Shown here piece after piece: positions 43,045 through 53,362 of a stretch of 64,000 nt of DNA. The stretch is taken from NCBI GenBank assembly GCA_963677435.1, contig OY781945.1, positions 1,728,001-1,792,000 of the forward strand. Reading direction: 5' to 3'. Each line of letters begins with the position of its first letter. Position 1 is the stretch's first letter. A program made the position numbers and the translations under genes. This DNA comes from an uncultured Aliarcobacter sp. (GTDB taxonomy: Bacteria; Campylobacterota; Campylobacteria; Campylobacterales; Arcobacteraceae). The notes beneath the pieces were generated by a model. It saw nothing but the letters and a program-made list of their open reading frames with translations, did not search any database and was not told the DNA's origin.

Positions 43045-43638
43045 TTAAATATGTTTTTCCCACTGTTTTAGTGTTTGTATTTCACTTTTTAAAGTTGTTT
43101 TATCTCCATGGCCTGGATAAATATGGAAATCTTCATTCCATTGTAATATTTTATTTAAACTTCGTTTCATTAGTGTAGCATTTGAATTAGGAAAATCAAA
43201 TCTTCCAATAGTTCCTTTAAAAATGAAATCACCTGTAAAAAGATGTTTATCTATTTGTAATGCACTACATCCAGGAGTGTGTCCTGGAAAATGATGGAAT
43301 TTTATTTTTATTCCTTGAATTTCTATTTCTTCATCTGGATTTACTAAAATATCTGCATATGATGGAGGCATTCCTAATCCATAAGGATCAAGTGTTAACA
43401 TAAATTCATCATCTTTTGGAGTATATAATTTTATGTTATAGCTATCTTTTACTTCTTGATTAGACCAAACATGGTCAAAATGTCCATGGGTATTTAAAAC
43501 TGCAATTGGATTTTTTACATTTCTTTTAATCCAAGCATATGCATTTACACCTGGATCTATAATAATATCTTTATTGTCAAGGGTTACAATATAACAATTT
43601 GTTTGATAATCACCCATTGGTTGAACTTTTATATCCAT
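43045..43638 (-). CDS. MBL-fold metallo-hydrolase (GloC/YcbL-like)
   Basis: THGHFDH, GHTPG, TGD and PGHG motifs. Confidence 0.9.
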   Translation of the reverse strand: MDIKVQPMGDYQTNCYIVTLDNKDIIIDPGVNAYAWIKRNVKNPIAVLNTHGHFDHVWSNQEVKDSYNIKLYTPKDDEFMLTLDPYGLGMPPSYADILVNPDEEIEIQGIKIKFHHFPGHTPGCSALQIDKHLFTGDFIFKGTIGRFDFPNSNATLMKRSLNKILQWNEDFHIYPGHGDKTTLKSEIQTLKQWEKHI

Positions 43639-43692
43639 TTTTAACCTTACTTTGCTAAAATTCTATAGATTATATCAAAAAAGAGGTTATTT

Positions 43693-44511
43693 ATGGATTA
43701 TTTTTTATTTTTAGAGGATATATTACAAACAAGTAAGCCAAAAGAAAAAATAGAAAAGTTTCAAATCTTTTATAATAATTTTTTAAATGGAAACTATTTT
43801 ATGAGTGATTCTTATATACCCTATGAATTTACAAATCCTTCATATCACTCTTTTTTAGAAATTGTTAAGCCAACAAGCTTACCTGCAATAAAAAATTTCA
43901 AATCAATTGAAGGAAAAAAATATTTAGTTCACACAATTTTACATATTGAATATTCAGCAATTGATTTAGCTTTAGATGCAGCTCTTAGGTATAAAGATAT
44001 GCCAAAAAAATATTATGAAGATTGGTTAGAAGTTGCAAATGATGAAATAAGACATTTTTTAATGCTTGAAGAGTTATTAACTGAGCTTGGCGGAGTTTAT
44101 GGAGAATTTCCTGTACATAAAAATCTTTTTGAAGCGATGGAACAAACTCCTGAATTTTTACGAAGAATGGCTGCAGTTCCCCGATATCTTGAAGCAAATG
44201 GACTTGATCAAAATCCAAAAATAATGGAGAAGTTAAATTCAAATAGAGATGAATTTAATAATAAATTTTTGAAGGTTTTACAAATCATTTTAGATGAAGA
44301 AGTTGACCATGTAAAAAAAGGTGATAATTGGTTTAAGTATGAATGCAAAAGATTAAACTTAGAACCAGAATCTACATATTTACAAATTATTGAAGAAGTC
44401 TTTCCTGGAAGCACAAAAAGAAAAATGGATTTAAATTTTAATGCCAGAAAAGAAGCAGGTTTTTCTTGTAATGAGTTGAAATTTTTATCAAAAAAAGAAG
44501 ATTGTAACTAA
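43693..44511 (+). CDS. DUF455 ferritin-like protein
   Basis: HIEYSAIDLALD, DEIRHF, EANGLD and EEVDHV diiron-type motifs. Confidence 0.88.
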   Translation: MDYFLFLEDILQTSKPKEKIEKFQIFYNNFLNGNYFMSDSYIPYEFTNPSYHSFLEIVKPTSLPAIKNFKSIEGKKYLVHTILHIEYSAIDLALDAALRYKDMPKKYYEDWLEVANDEIRHFLMLEELLTELGGVYGEFPVHKNLFEAMEQTPEFLRRMAAVPRYLEANGLDQNPKIMEKLNSNRDEFNNKFLKVLQIILDEEVDHVKKGDNWFKYECKRLNLEPESTYLQIIEEVFPGSTKRKMDLNFNARKEAGFSCNELKFLSKKEDCN

Positions 44512-45161
44512 TGATAACTTCAAATATTGACTCTATCCTGTCAAAAATTTCAACTACAAATATTACAAGTACAGGAGTATCTTCCAATGGATTTTTAAAT
44601 AATTTAATTACTAATTCAACTGCATCTACGCGAACAAATGCTTTAAGCTATGAAAATATAAAAGGTATCTCTTTAGAAGAGATTGATACTTTATTTGTAA
44701 ATGAAAATGATAAAAGTATGGCAAAAAATCTAAGACTTGCAACACTTTTTTCAAGTGATGAGTATTTATCTAAAGCTTTATTTAATACGGTTTTAGGAAA
44801 ACCTTTTAATCTTGGTTATTCATATTTAAGTAGCACTTATGAAGATAAAAATATGTTTTTATCTTCATCAAATGATAGTTTAGCTGATTTACTTCATCAA
44901 GCAATAAGCCAAAAAATAGATGATCCAAATTCAACAGATGTTATTTCTCAAGATAAATTAGATGAAATTCTGACAAAAGTCAACTCTTTTAATTTTATAA
45001 GTGCATTGTCAAATAGCTCAAAAAAAGGTTATGATAAATATAAAGACGAAAAAAATGATTATTCGTTTTTATATAATGACTACAACTTAAAATATCAAGA
45101 GTTAGTTTATAAGTATCAAGAATTAGAAAATATAAACAAAAACTTGATAAAACAATTTTAA
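44511..45161 (+). CDS. Hypothetical protein with S/T/N-rich N-terminus
   Basis: 216 aa ORF overlapping the upstream stop. Confidence 0.75.
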   Translation: MITSNIDSILSKISTTNITSTGVSSNGFLNNLITNSTASTRTNALSYENIKGISLEEIDTLFVNENDKSMAKNLRLATLFSSDEYLSKALFNTVLGKPFNLGYSYLSSTYEDKNMFLSSSNDSLADLLHQAISQKIDDPNSTDVISQDKLDEILTKVNSFNFISALSNSSKKGYDKYKDEKNDYSFLYNDYNLKYQELVYKYQELENINKNLIKQF

Positions 45162-45751
45162 TAAATATTAATTGTTAGCATAGCTTTTAATATACCATCT
45201 TCTTCTATCATTTTTAAATTTGAACCAATTCTATGAGTAGATAAATTTCCTTCAATAGTTTGAAGTATATGCCAAAATCTTTCATTAAAAGGAGTATCAA
45301 GTTCTTTTATTTTGTATTTTAGGATTATTTCAACAATAGTTTCAATGCAATGAAAATAAAATATTTTATTTTTTGCCCTTTGAGTTTTATATTTTCTCAT
45401 TAGTTTTAAATTAGCAATAAAAGTATCTTTTTCTATTTTTGATAAAAGTTTTCTATTTTCAACTTCATCTTCTTCAATATCTAAATGTTTTGAATAAGAC
45501 TCTATCTCTTTATTCATAACTTCTTCTAAATCTGGATGAAATTTTAAAAGTACATTTAAAATTTCATTGGGAGTTAAAGGATTTTCATTTATTTGATGAG
45601 AATACTTCTTTTTTTGTTCATAAGTATGATCAATAGCATTTAATATATCAACTGCAAAAGATAAATAAATAAATTTATCTTCTTTCCCATCTTTAAATGA
45701 AACACCATGTTCACTAATAACTGGTTTTAATCCTGCATATTCTAGTTTCAA
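45158..45751 (-). CDS. Hypothetical protein
   Basis: 197 aa ORF with AAGGA RBS. Confidence 0.8.
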   Translation of the reverse strand: MKLEYAGLKPVISEHGVSFKDGKEDKFIYLSFAVDILNAIDHTYEQKKKYSHQINENPLTPNEILNVLLKFHPDLEEVMNKEIESYSKHLDIEEDEVENRKLLSKIEKDTFIANLKLMRKYKTQRAKNKIFYFHCIETIVEIILKYKIKELDTPFNERFWHILQTIEGNLSTHRIGSNLKMIEEDGILKAMLTINIY

Positions 45752-45767
45752 TTTTTTCCTTTTTAAT

Positions 45768-46985
45768 TTAAAATTTAGCGTTAGGAATAGGGTAGTTCTC
45801 TATTACAAAATCAATATCTTTATCACCACGACCACTAAGACTTATTAGAATTGTTTTATCTTTTGGAAGTGTTTTTGCCAATTTCATAGCAAAACCAACT
45901 GCATGAGCTGATTCAAGAGCTGGAATTATTCCCTCAAGTTGAGAAAGCTTATAAAAAGCATCAACTGCTTCATTGTCATTGCAAAGTCCAACTTTACTTC
46001 TTCCTATTTCTTTTAAATAAGCATGTTCAGGACCAACGCTAGGATAATCAATTCCACTTCCAATTGAATAAACAGGGGCTGGATTTCCATCTTTGTCTTT
46101 TAGCATAATCGAGTTAAATCCGTGCATGATTCCCTCTTCACCATAAGTTAAACTTGCACTATGTTCACCAATCTTATCACCTTTTCCCATTGGTTCTACT
46201 CCATAAAGATTTACCTCTTTATCATCTATGAATCCTGAAAATAACCCCATAGCATTACTTCCACCACCAACGCAAGCTATAACATTATCAGGAAGTCTGT
46301 TTTCATGTTCAAAAAATTGCTCACGAGATTCAAATCCAATTACACTTTGGAAGTCTCTAACCATCATAGGAAAGGGATGAGGACCAACAACAGAACCAAT
46401 ACAATAAATAGAGTTTTCAGTGTCAGCTAAATATGCTTCAAAAGCAGAATCTACAGCTTCTTTTAAAGTTTTAAGACCATGAGTTGCTGGAACAACTTTT
46501 GCTCCTAGAATTTTCATTCTAACTACATTTGGATGCTCTTTTTTAATATCAACTTCACCCATGTGAATTTCACACTCTAAACCAAAATATGCAGCTGCAG
46601 TTGCTAAGGCAACACCATGTTGACCAGCACCAGTTTCAGCGATTACTTTTTTCTTTCCAAGATATTTTGCAAGGATTACTTCAGCCATACAGTGATTTAG
46701 TTTATGTGCACCTGTATGATTTAAATCTTCTCTTTTTAGGTAGATTTTAGCTCCAGCACAATATTCTGTCAAATTTTTTGCAAAAGAAATAGGAGTAGGT
46801 CGTCCTTGATAGTGCTTTCTTACATATTTTAGCTCTTCTATAAATTTAGGAGAGTTTTTTAACTCTAAATAAGCTTTTGTGATTTCAGCAAAAGGTTTTT
46901 CTAAAACAGGAGGAATAAATGAACCTCCAAACTTACCAAAAAAACCGTTAGCATCAGGATGAGATTCTAAATAAGATTCACTCAT
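45768..46985 (-). CDS. trpB: Tryptophan synthase beta subunit (no adjacent trpA)
   Basis: [26 protein letters not shown] and SGRGDKD motifs. Confidence 0.95.
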   Translation of the reverse strand: MSESYLESHPDANGFFGKFGGSFIPPVLEKPFAEITKAYLELKNSPKFIEELKYVRKHYQGRPTPISFAKNLTEYCAGAKIYLKREDLNHTGAHKLNHCMAEVILAKYLGKKKVIAETGAGQHGVALATAAAYFGLECEIHMGEVDIKKEHPNVVRMKILGAKVVPATHGLKTLKEAVDSAFEAYLADTENSIYCIGSVVGPHPFPMMVRDFQSVIGFESREQFFEHENRLPDNVIACVGGGSNAMGLFSGFIDDKEVNLYGVEPMGKGDKIGEHSASLTYGEEGIMHGFNSIMLKDKDGNPAPVYSIGSGIDYPSVGPEHAYLKEIGRSKVGLCNDNEAVDAFYKLSQLEGIIPALESAHAVGFAMKLAKTLPKDKTILISLSGRGDKDIDFVIENYPIPNAKF

Positions 46986-47059
46986 ATATTAATTCCTTCT
47001 ATGAAAAATAACTATAAATTCAAAATAGCAAGTATTATAATCAATTGCTTTTTAATTCA

Positions 47060-49783
47060 TTATGAAAAAGGTAAAATTATTTTAACATTTGTACAATTAT
47101 CAAAGAACTTATCATTAAATTTATGAGAAACATTCGTGATTTTAATCTCTCCATTCATACTTGAAGTGATAATTTTATGAGTCATATACAATCCTAATCC
47201 TGTACCTTGACTTTTATGTTTAGTTGTAAAATAAGGTTCAAATATTTTATCTAAAATAGATTCTTTAATTCCTCCTGCATTATCAATTATTTCAATAATA
47301 ATTTTTTCAGCTTCTTTGAATGTTTTAATATGAATATATCTATGTGTTTTTTCTACTTCCAATAGAGCATCTTTTGCATTATTTAAAATATTTAGTAAAG
47401 CTTGATTTAATTCATTTTCATAACTATTTATAAATAATCCATTATTTAAATCCAAAATAATATTTATATCATGGTTTCTAAAAGAACCTTGTACCATACT
47501 AAGTATTTTATGAATACTTGAATTAGTATCAAACTCTTTTTTTGTTTTATCTTCTTTTAGATAATTTTGAAAATCATCAATAGTTTGTGATAAAAACATG
47601 GTTGTATTTGTAATATTATCTATAGTTTCATTGAAAGTCTTATCATCTAATTGCTCAAACTCTTTTTGTATTTTCATTCCTGAAGCAGCTGTAGATATTA
47701 AACTTAATGGTTGTCTCCATTGATGGGCAATATTTCCCATCATTTCTCCTAAACTAGCCATTTTTGATTGTTGTATTAGTAGGTTTTCTCTATTTTTTAT
47801 TTCACTCATATCTATAATTGATAAGATAATTGATTCTTGATTCTCAAAAATTACTTTTTTCGATTTAATAAGAATAGGGAATTTCTTTTCAAAATTCTTT
47901 AATCCAAAAATTTCATAAGTTTGTGAATCAGAGTTTTTTATAATATCTTCAAAAGAGATTGTATTATTTGTAAGAAATAAATTAGAGAAAGGTCTATTTA
48001 AAAGCGTTTTATTATCAAGATTAAATATTTTTAAAACTTCGTCATTATAATAAATAATTTCATTATCACTAACTATTATAATCCCTTCAATAGTTAGATT
48101 AACTAAACTTCTAAAAGTTTTAAGTGTATTTTCTAATTCACTTTTGGTATTTTTTAGTTTCTTTTGATAACTTATTAATTGTCTATTTTTGTAAAGAACT
48201 GAAAGTATAATTAGAATTAATGGTAAAAAATATTTCCATAATACTGAATAATCAAAAGCTTGAGTATATTCAAGTTTTAACCATTTATTATAAATCTGAC
48301 TTTTATCATTTGGACTCATTCTTTCTAAAACTTTATTAACTATTGATTGTAAAACTTCGTAATCATCTCTTACCATCATTTGTAAATTAAAATCAATTCC
48401 TGTGCTTCCTGAAATTTTAACATTGCTATAAGCATATTTTTGGATATTGTGAGTTAAAACTGGTAAATTATCAATAAGTGCATATATCTCATTATTTGAC
48501 AAAAGAGATAAACCTTCTTCAATATTACTTACTAAAACAAAATCCATAGTTGGATACTCTTTTTGCAATATTTTATATGCCGTATAATTTTTACCAACAC
48601 CAACTTTTTTTCCAAGAAGATATGATGGATCAGGAATATAGTTTTTATCTTGTAAAGTTGCTATTCCTATTGGAGCTTTGTAATATATCTCAGAAAATAG
48701 AGCATATTTTTCTCTATCTGGTGTTTTTGAAGTTGCTATTATTATATCGCTAGTTTTATCTTTAATACTATCAAGAGCAGTAGAAAAAGATTTTTTTATT
48801 ATTATTTTAGTTTTTAAATTTGCTTTATCTGCAATATATTGCCAGAAATCATAACCTAAACCATAAGCTCTATTATTTTCAACAAAATTTATTGGTGCCC
48901 AATTATCAGTAAAAGCTAAATTTATAGTTGTATTTCTTATAAAATCTAACTCTTTTTGTGAAAAAGATATATTTTGTTTATCATTTAACCATTTATTATT
49001 TAGTGCATCAATTTCAGATAAGGAAATCTTCTTTATAGCTTTATTTATAATTTGAACAAGAATAGGGAGCTCTTTGTTTACACCAATATATAATTTATTA
49101 TCAATACTATTTATATTAACTTTTGTTAGTACTTTTAAAGAATCACTATATTTATCATTTATAAAGTAGCTAGCAACTAAAGTACTTTGAATTGTTGCAT
49201 CACATTCATTATTTTTAATACTTTCAAAAACTTTATCTAAGCTATCATATTCAACTACATTTATTTTTTTATAGTTTTTTATTAAAAGTTTAGTAGCATT
49301 CCAATTCTTTACCATGGCAACTTTTTTACCTGATAAATCATCTATATTTATAAAATCAAATTTGTTCTTTTTTGTGATAATCGAAAATTCTTGAGTAAAA
49401 TAAGAGTTTGTAAAATTAAAGATTTCTTCTCTTTTTTTACTATAACCTAGAATAGGAAAAACATCAATTTCTCCATTTGAAAACCTTGATATTAAACTAT
49501 CCCAGTTATCATTTATGAAAACAGGTTCTATCCCAATTTTCGCAAAAATAAGTTTTGTATAATCAATAGCATAACCTTTAGCTTGATTATTCTCATTATA
49601 ATCTAAAGGTATCCAGTCATTTTCATTTGCTAAATTTAATGTTTTGTGAGTATTAATAAATTCTAATTCTTCTTGTGTAAAATCATTATTTATATTAGTA
49701 GTGTTTTGATTGGTTAAAGTATTAGTAGTGTTAGATAAAAGTAAATTATGTAAGAAAAAAAGTAATAGAAGAAATTTATACAT
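47060..49783 (-). CDS. Sensor histidine kinase with two periplasmic SBP domains and PAS (no adjacent regulator)
   Basis: IAHQWRQPL, DNAGG and GTGLGL motifs; architecture as 33616-36423. Confidence 0.92.
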   Translation of the reverse strand: MYKFLLLLFFLHNLLLSNTTNTLTNQNTTNINNDFTQEELEFINTHKTLNLANENDWIPLDYNENNQAKGYAIDYTKLIFAKIGIEPVFINDNWDSLISRFSNGEIDVFPILGYSKKREEIFNFTNSYFTQEFSIITKKNKFDFINIDDLSGKKVAMVKNWNATKLLIKNYKKINVVEYDSLDKVFESIKNNECDATIQSTLVASYFINDKYSDSLKVLTKVNINSIDNKLYIGVNKELPILVQIINKAIKKISLSEIDALNNKWLNDKQNISFSQKELDFIRNTTINLAFTDNWAPINFVENNRAYGLGYDFWQYIADKANLKTKIIIKKSFSTALDSIKDKTSDIIIATSKTPDREKYALFSEIYYKAPIGIATLQDKNYIPDPSYLLGKKVGVGKNYTAYKILQKEYPTMDFVLVSNIEEGLSLLSNNEIYALIDNLPVLTHNIQKYAYSNVKISGSTGIDFNLQMMVRDDYEVLQSIVNKVLERMSPNDKSQIYNKWLKLEYTQAFDYSVLWKYFLPLILIILSVLYKNRQLISYQKKLKNTKSELENTLKTFRSLVNLTIEGIIIVSDNEIIYYNDEVLKIFNLDNKTLLNRPFSNLFLTNNTISFEDIIKNSDSQTYEIFGLKNFEKKFPILIKSKKVIFENQESIILSIIDMSEIKNRENLLIQQSKMASLGEMMGNIAHQWRQPLSLISTAASGMKIQKEFEQLDDKTFNETIDNITNTTMFLSQTIDDFQNYLKEDKTKKEFDTNSSIHKILSMVQGSFRNHDINIILDLNNGLFINSYENELNQALLNILNNAKDALLEVEKTHRYIHIKTFKEAEKIIIEIIDNAGGIKESILDKIFEPYFTTKHKSQGTGLGLYMTHKIITSSMNGEIKITNVSHKFNDKFFDNCTNVKIILPFS

Positions 49784-49843
49784 TGTTGAGTCCTACCTCA
49801 GTATTTTCTTCTTGATTATACTGAGATAAGTATTATAAAGTAT

Positions 49844-50968
49844 TTAGCTAAACCACTTTTTAACTTTATCAAACATATTTTCAAAGTTTTTTTCGTGAGG
49901 TTTACTCTCTATTCCAAAACTCTCTTGAAGTTTTTCTAGAAGTTCTTTTTGTTCATCATTTAATGCTTTTGGATATTCGATTTTAATTTGTACAACTAAA
50001 TTTCCTTTTCCATAACCTTGAACAGATTTAACACCTTCACCTTTAAAAGTAAATTGTTGTTTATCTTTTGCATTTTTTGGAATTTCAAGTTCAACTTCAC
50101 CTCTTAGTGTAGGAACTGTTATCTTACCACCAAGTGCAATTTGTGTGAAGAAAATTGGAGCTTCGTAATAAATATCATCATCATGTCTTACAAAATGAGA
50201 GTCTTCTTTTACTTTTACTTGTAAATATAAATCTCCTCTTGAGCCATCAGGCGCAATATTTCCTTTTTGAGAAACTCTAATTCTCATTCCATCATTTACA
50301 CCTTCAGGTATATCAACTTTGAAACTATCTTTTACTTCATCATAACCACTTCCACCACATGATTTACATGAAGCTGCGGCTGCTTGTCCTGTTCCACCAC
50401 ATTTTGGACAAGTTTGAGCAAATGTCATAAAACCTTGTCTTGCATGAACTTGACCTTGTCCATTACAAGTAGTACAAGTTGCTAATTTCCCATCTTTTGC
50501 ACCAGTTCCAGAACACGATTTACAAGCAGTTTTATATTTATAACTTATATCTTTTTTACATCCAAATACAGCTTCATTAAACTCTAATTTTACTTCAACT
50601 GTAACATCAAGATTATAGTTGTAAGTTTTTCTTTGTCTTCTTCCTCTAGAACCACCACCAAAGGCACTTCCAAACATCTCTTCAAAAACAGAACTTAAGT
50701 CATCAAAACCACCAGAGAATCCACCACCTCTTTGTCCATGACCATCAAGTCCAGCTTTTCCATATCTATCATAAATAGCTCTTTTTTCTTCATCACTTAA
50801 TACTTGATAAGCTTCATTTATAGCTTTGAATCTCTCTTCTGCTTCATTATCACCTGGATTTTTGTCAGGATGATACTTCATAGCCATCTGTCTATAAGCT
50901 TTTTTGATTGTACTTTTATCTGAACTTTTACTAACTTCTAGTAATTCGTAATAATCAATTTCAGTCAA
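49844..50968 (-). CDS. dnaJ: Chaperone DnaJ
   Basis: HPD J-domain, G/F region and four CxxCxGxG repeats. Confidence 0.97.
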   Translation of the reverse strand: MTEIDYYELLEVSKSSDKSTIKKAYRQMAMKYHPDKNPGDNEAEERFKAINEAYQVLSDEEKRAIYDRYGKAGLDGHGQRGGGFSGGFDDLSSVFEEMFGSAFGGGSRGRRQRKTYNYNLDVTVEVKLEFNEAVFGCKKDISYKYKTACKSCSGTGAKDGKLATCTTCNGQGQVHARQGFMTFAQTCPKCGGTGQAAAASCKSCGGSGYDEVKDSFKVDIPEGVNDGMRIRVSQKGNIAPDGSRGDLYLQVKVKEDSHFVRHDDDIYYEAPIFFTQIALGGKITVPTLRGEVELEIPKNAKDKQQFTFKGEGVKSVQGYGKGNLVVQIKIEYPKALNDEQKELLEKLQESFGIESKPHEKNFENMFDKVKKWFS

Positions 50969-51098
50969 TTCTATCCCCTTAAAAAATATTTGAATTAATG
51001 TAAGTCGCGATTTTATCTAAAACTTAATAAATATTGATTGAATTAAATAGAATCATAGTTTTATTTAATTTATTAAAAATCTTAGATATAATCCTGCT

Positions 51099-51671
51099 AT
51101 GAATAAAGGACTAGAAAAATTTTACGAACTTGTTGAAGCATTTGAATCTTTACCTACTATTGGAAAAAAATCAGCTCTTAGACTTGCTTATCACATTGTT
51201 ATGAATGACAATTATTGTGGGATTAAAATAGCTCATAGTATAGAGAGTGCACTTAAAAATATTACTAAGTGTGTTCGTTGTGGTTCTATGAGTGAGCATG
51301 AAATTTGCGAGGTTTGTTTAGATGAATCAAGGGATAATACAAAACTTTGTATTGTTCAAAGTGCTAAAGATATTTTTGTTATTGAAGACTCACGTCAGTT
51401 TGATGGAAAATATTTTGTAATAGAAGAGTTAGACCTTGAAGTATTGGATTCTTTACATAAATTCATAAATGATAATGAAGTTGAGAATATATTGTTTGCG
51501 ATAACTCCATCTATTGCAAATGATGCGTTTATTTTATTTATTGAAGATAAGTTAAAAAATCACAATATAAAATTTACAAAAATTGCCCAAGGCGTACCAA
51601 CGGGTGTTAGCTTAGAAAATGTAGATATTCTATCCCTTTCAAAAGCTATACAAAGTAAAGTAGAAATTTAA
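51099..51671 (+). CDS. recR: Recombination mediator RecR
   Basis: LPTIGKKSALRLA, C4 zinc finger, IAQGVPTG; TATAAT-N6-ATG leaderless geometry. Confidence 0.95.
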   Translation: MNKGLEKFYELVEAFESLPTIGKKSALRLAYHIVMNDNYCGIKIAHSIESALKNITKCVRCGSMSEHEICEVCLDESRDNTKLCIVQSAKDIFVIEDSRQFDGKYFVIEELDLEVLDSLHKFINDNEVENILFAITPSIANDAFILFIEDKLKNHNIKFTKIAQGVPTGVSLENVDILSLSKAIQSKVEI

Positions 51672-51686
51672 AATTAGAACAAGAGT

Positions 51687-51860
51687 ATGGAAAAAAGAAT
51701 AGTTTGTCAAAAGTGTATTTATTATTTTGTAACTTGGGAAGCTGGGCAACCTCATGGATGTAAATCTTATGGATTTAAATCAAGACTTCTTCCTTCAATA
51801 GTGGTTAAAAATTCAAGTGGTCATCCTTGCAATTTTTTTGTAGAAAAAAATAGACAGTAG
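51687..51860 (+). CDS. 57-aa four-cysteine protein (not in ORF track)
   Basis: Hand translation: MEKRIVCQKCIYYFVTWEAGQPHGCKSYGFKSRLLPSIVVKNSSGHPCNFFVEKNRQ*; fills the recR-kinase gap. Confidence 0.85.
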   Translation: MEKRIVCQKCIYYFVTWEAGQPHGCKSYGFKSRLLPSIVVKNSSGHPCNFFVEKNRQ

Positions 51861-51865
51861 GATAA

Positions 51866-53353
51866 ATGCAAATAAATCATTTTATTGAGAAAATAGAAAA
51901 AGACAAAATATCAATTATTAGAGCTTGGATAAGTTCTGCTTCTGTTATTAAATTGATAAATGACTATTCTATCGATAAAGATTTACTTATAAAAAGATAC
52001 GCTTTTGGCGTTATTGATCATTATATTCAAGCTGTAAAAAATAGGCAAAAAATTGAAGACTGTCCAGTAATAATTGACTTTATTAAATATTTAAAAAAGC
52101 AAAACATTAAGTCTAGTGAACTTTTTTTATTATGGGCATCTTTTAAAAATGCTTTAATAAATTTTGCCTTTGAATCAAATATTCAATCAAAAGAGTTAAT
52201 GGAAAGAATTGTTTATTATTACGAAGAATTTTTTTCTAGTATTTTAGATATTTATTCAAAATCAATAGCTCAAGTTGAGAGTGCTTTAAATAAATCTATT
52301 GATATTGTTGATAAATATGTAATTATGTCAAGAGCAGATGTTAATGGAATAATAATTAGTGTTTCTACAGCTTTTTGCAAAATTTCAGGTTATGAATCAT
52401 TTGAATTAATAGGAAAATCCCATAATGTTTTAAGACATCCAGATATGTCAAAAAAAGTTTTTGCAGATTTATGGAATACTATAAAGTCTGGAAATATGTG
52501 GCAAGGTGAGATTATTAATCGTAAAAAAAATGGAGATTCTTATTGGATAAAAACTACAATTCATCCAAATTTTGATAATAGTGGAACCATTGTAAGTTAT
52601 GATGCAATAAATGTAGATATAAGTTCTCAAGTTGAACTAAAAAATCAACAAAATTTATTAGTTGAACAATCAAAGTCAGCTGCAATGGGTGAAATGATAA
52701 GCATGATAGCCCATCAATGGCGACAACCTTTACAAGCAGTTTCTATTTTGATTCAGAAATTACCTTTATTAAAAATGGTAAATGGTGAAATTTCAGATGA
52801 AATGCTTGATGATGTTGTAAATCAAGTTAGTTCTCAACTTGATTATATGTCAAAAACTGTTGATGATTTTAGGGATTATTTTAAACCAAATAAGAGTAAA
52901 GAAGAAGTTTTTATAAAAGATGTTATTGAAAAATCTATAGATTTCTTAGCATATTTATTTAAAATAAATTCTATTGAAGTAAAATACGAAAATAATTCAA
53001 ATTCATGTTTGCAAATATATTTAAATGAGATAGTTCAAGTTTTTATAAATCTAGCAAAAAATTCATGTGATGCAATACTTGAAAAGAGTATTGAACATGG
53101 GAAAATAGATATTCGCACTTATGAAGATAAAAATAGTTTAATAATAGAATTTGAAGATAATGCAGGTGGAATAAAGAGTAATCTTTTGGATAAAATATTT
53201 GATCCGTATTTCTCAACAAAAAATAATAAGAATGGAACAGGATTAGGTTTATACATGAGTAAAACTATTATCGAAGAGCATAGTGGTGGAAAGATAAATG
53301 TGTATAATACAGATTCTGGAACAAAATTCATAATAAAATTACCATTAAAATAG
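51866..53353 (+). CDS. Cytoplasmic PAS sensor histidine kinase
   Basis: Helical N-terminal domain, PAS (LRHPD...WQGEI.NR.K.G..YW), IAHQWRQPL, GTGLGL. Confidence 0.92.
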   Translation: MQINHFIEKIEKDKISIIRAWISSASVIKLINDYSIDKDLLIKRYAFGVIDHYIQAVKNRQKIEDCPVIIDFIKYLKKQNIKSSELFLLWASFKNALINFAFESNIQSKELMERIVYYYEEFFSSILDIYSKSIAQVESALNKSIDIVDKYVIMSRADVNGIIISVSTAFCKISGYESFELIGKSHNVLRHPDMSKKVFADLWNTIKSGNMWQGEIINRKKNGDSYWIKTTIHPNFDNSGTIVSYDAINVDISSQVELKNQQNLLVEQSKSAAMGEMISMIAHQWRQPLQAVSILIQKLPLLKMVNGEISDEMLDDVVNQVSSQLDYMSKTVDDFRDYFKPNKSKEEVFIKDVIEKSIDFLAYLFKINSIEVKYENNSNSCLQIYLNEIVQVFINLAKNSCDAILEKSIEHGKIDIRTYEDKNSLIIEFEDNAGGIKSNLLDKIFDPYFSTKNNKNGTGLGLYMSKTIIEEHSGGKINVYNTDSGTKFIIKLPLK

Positions 53354-53362
53354 GAGTTAGCG

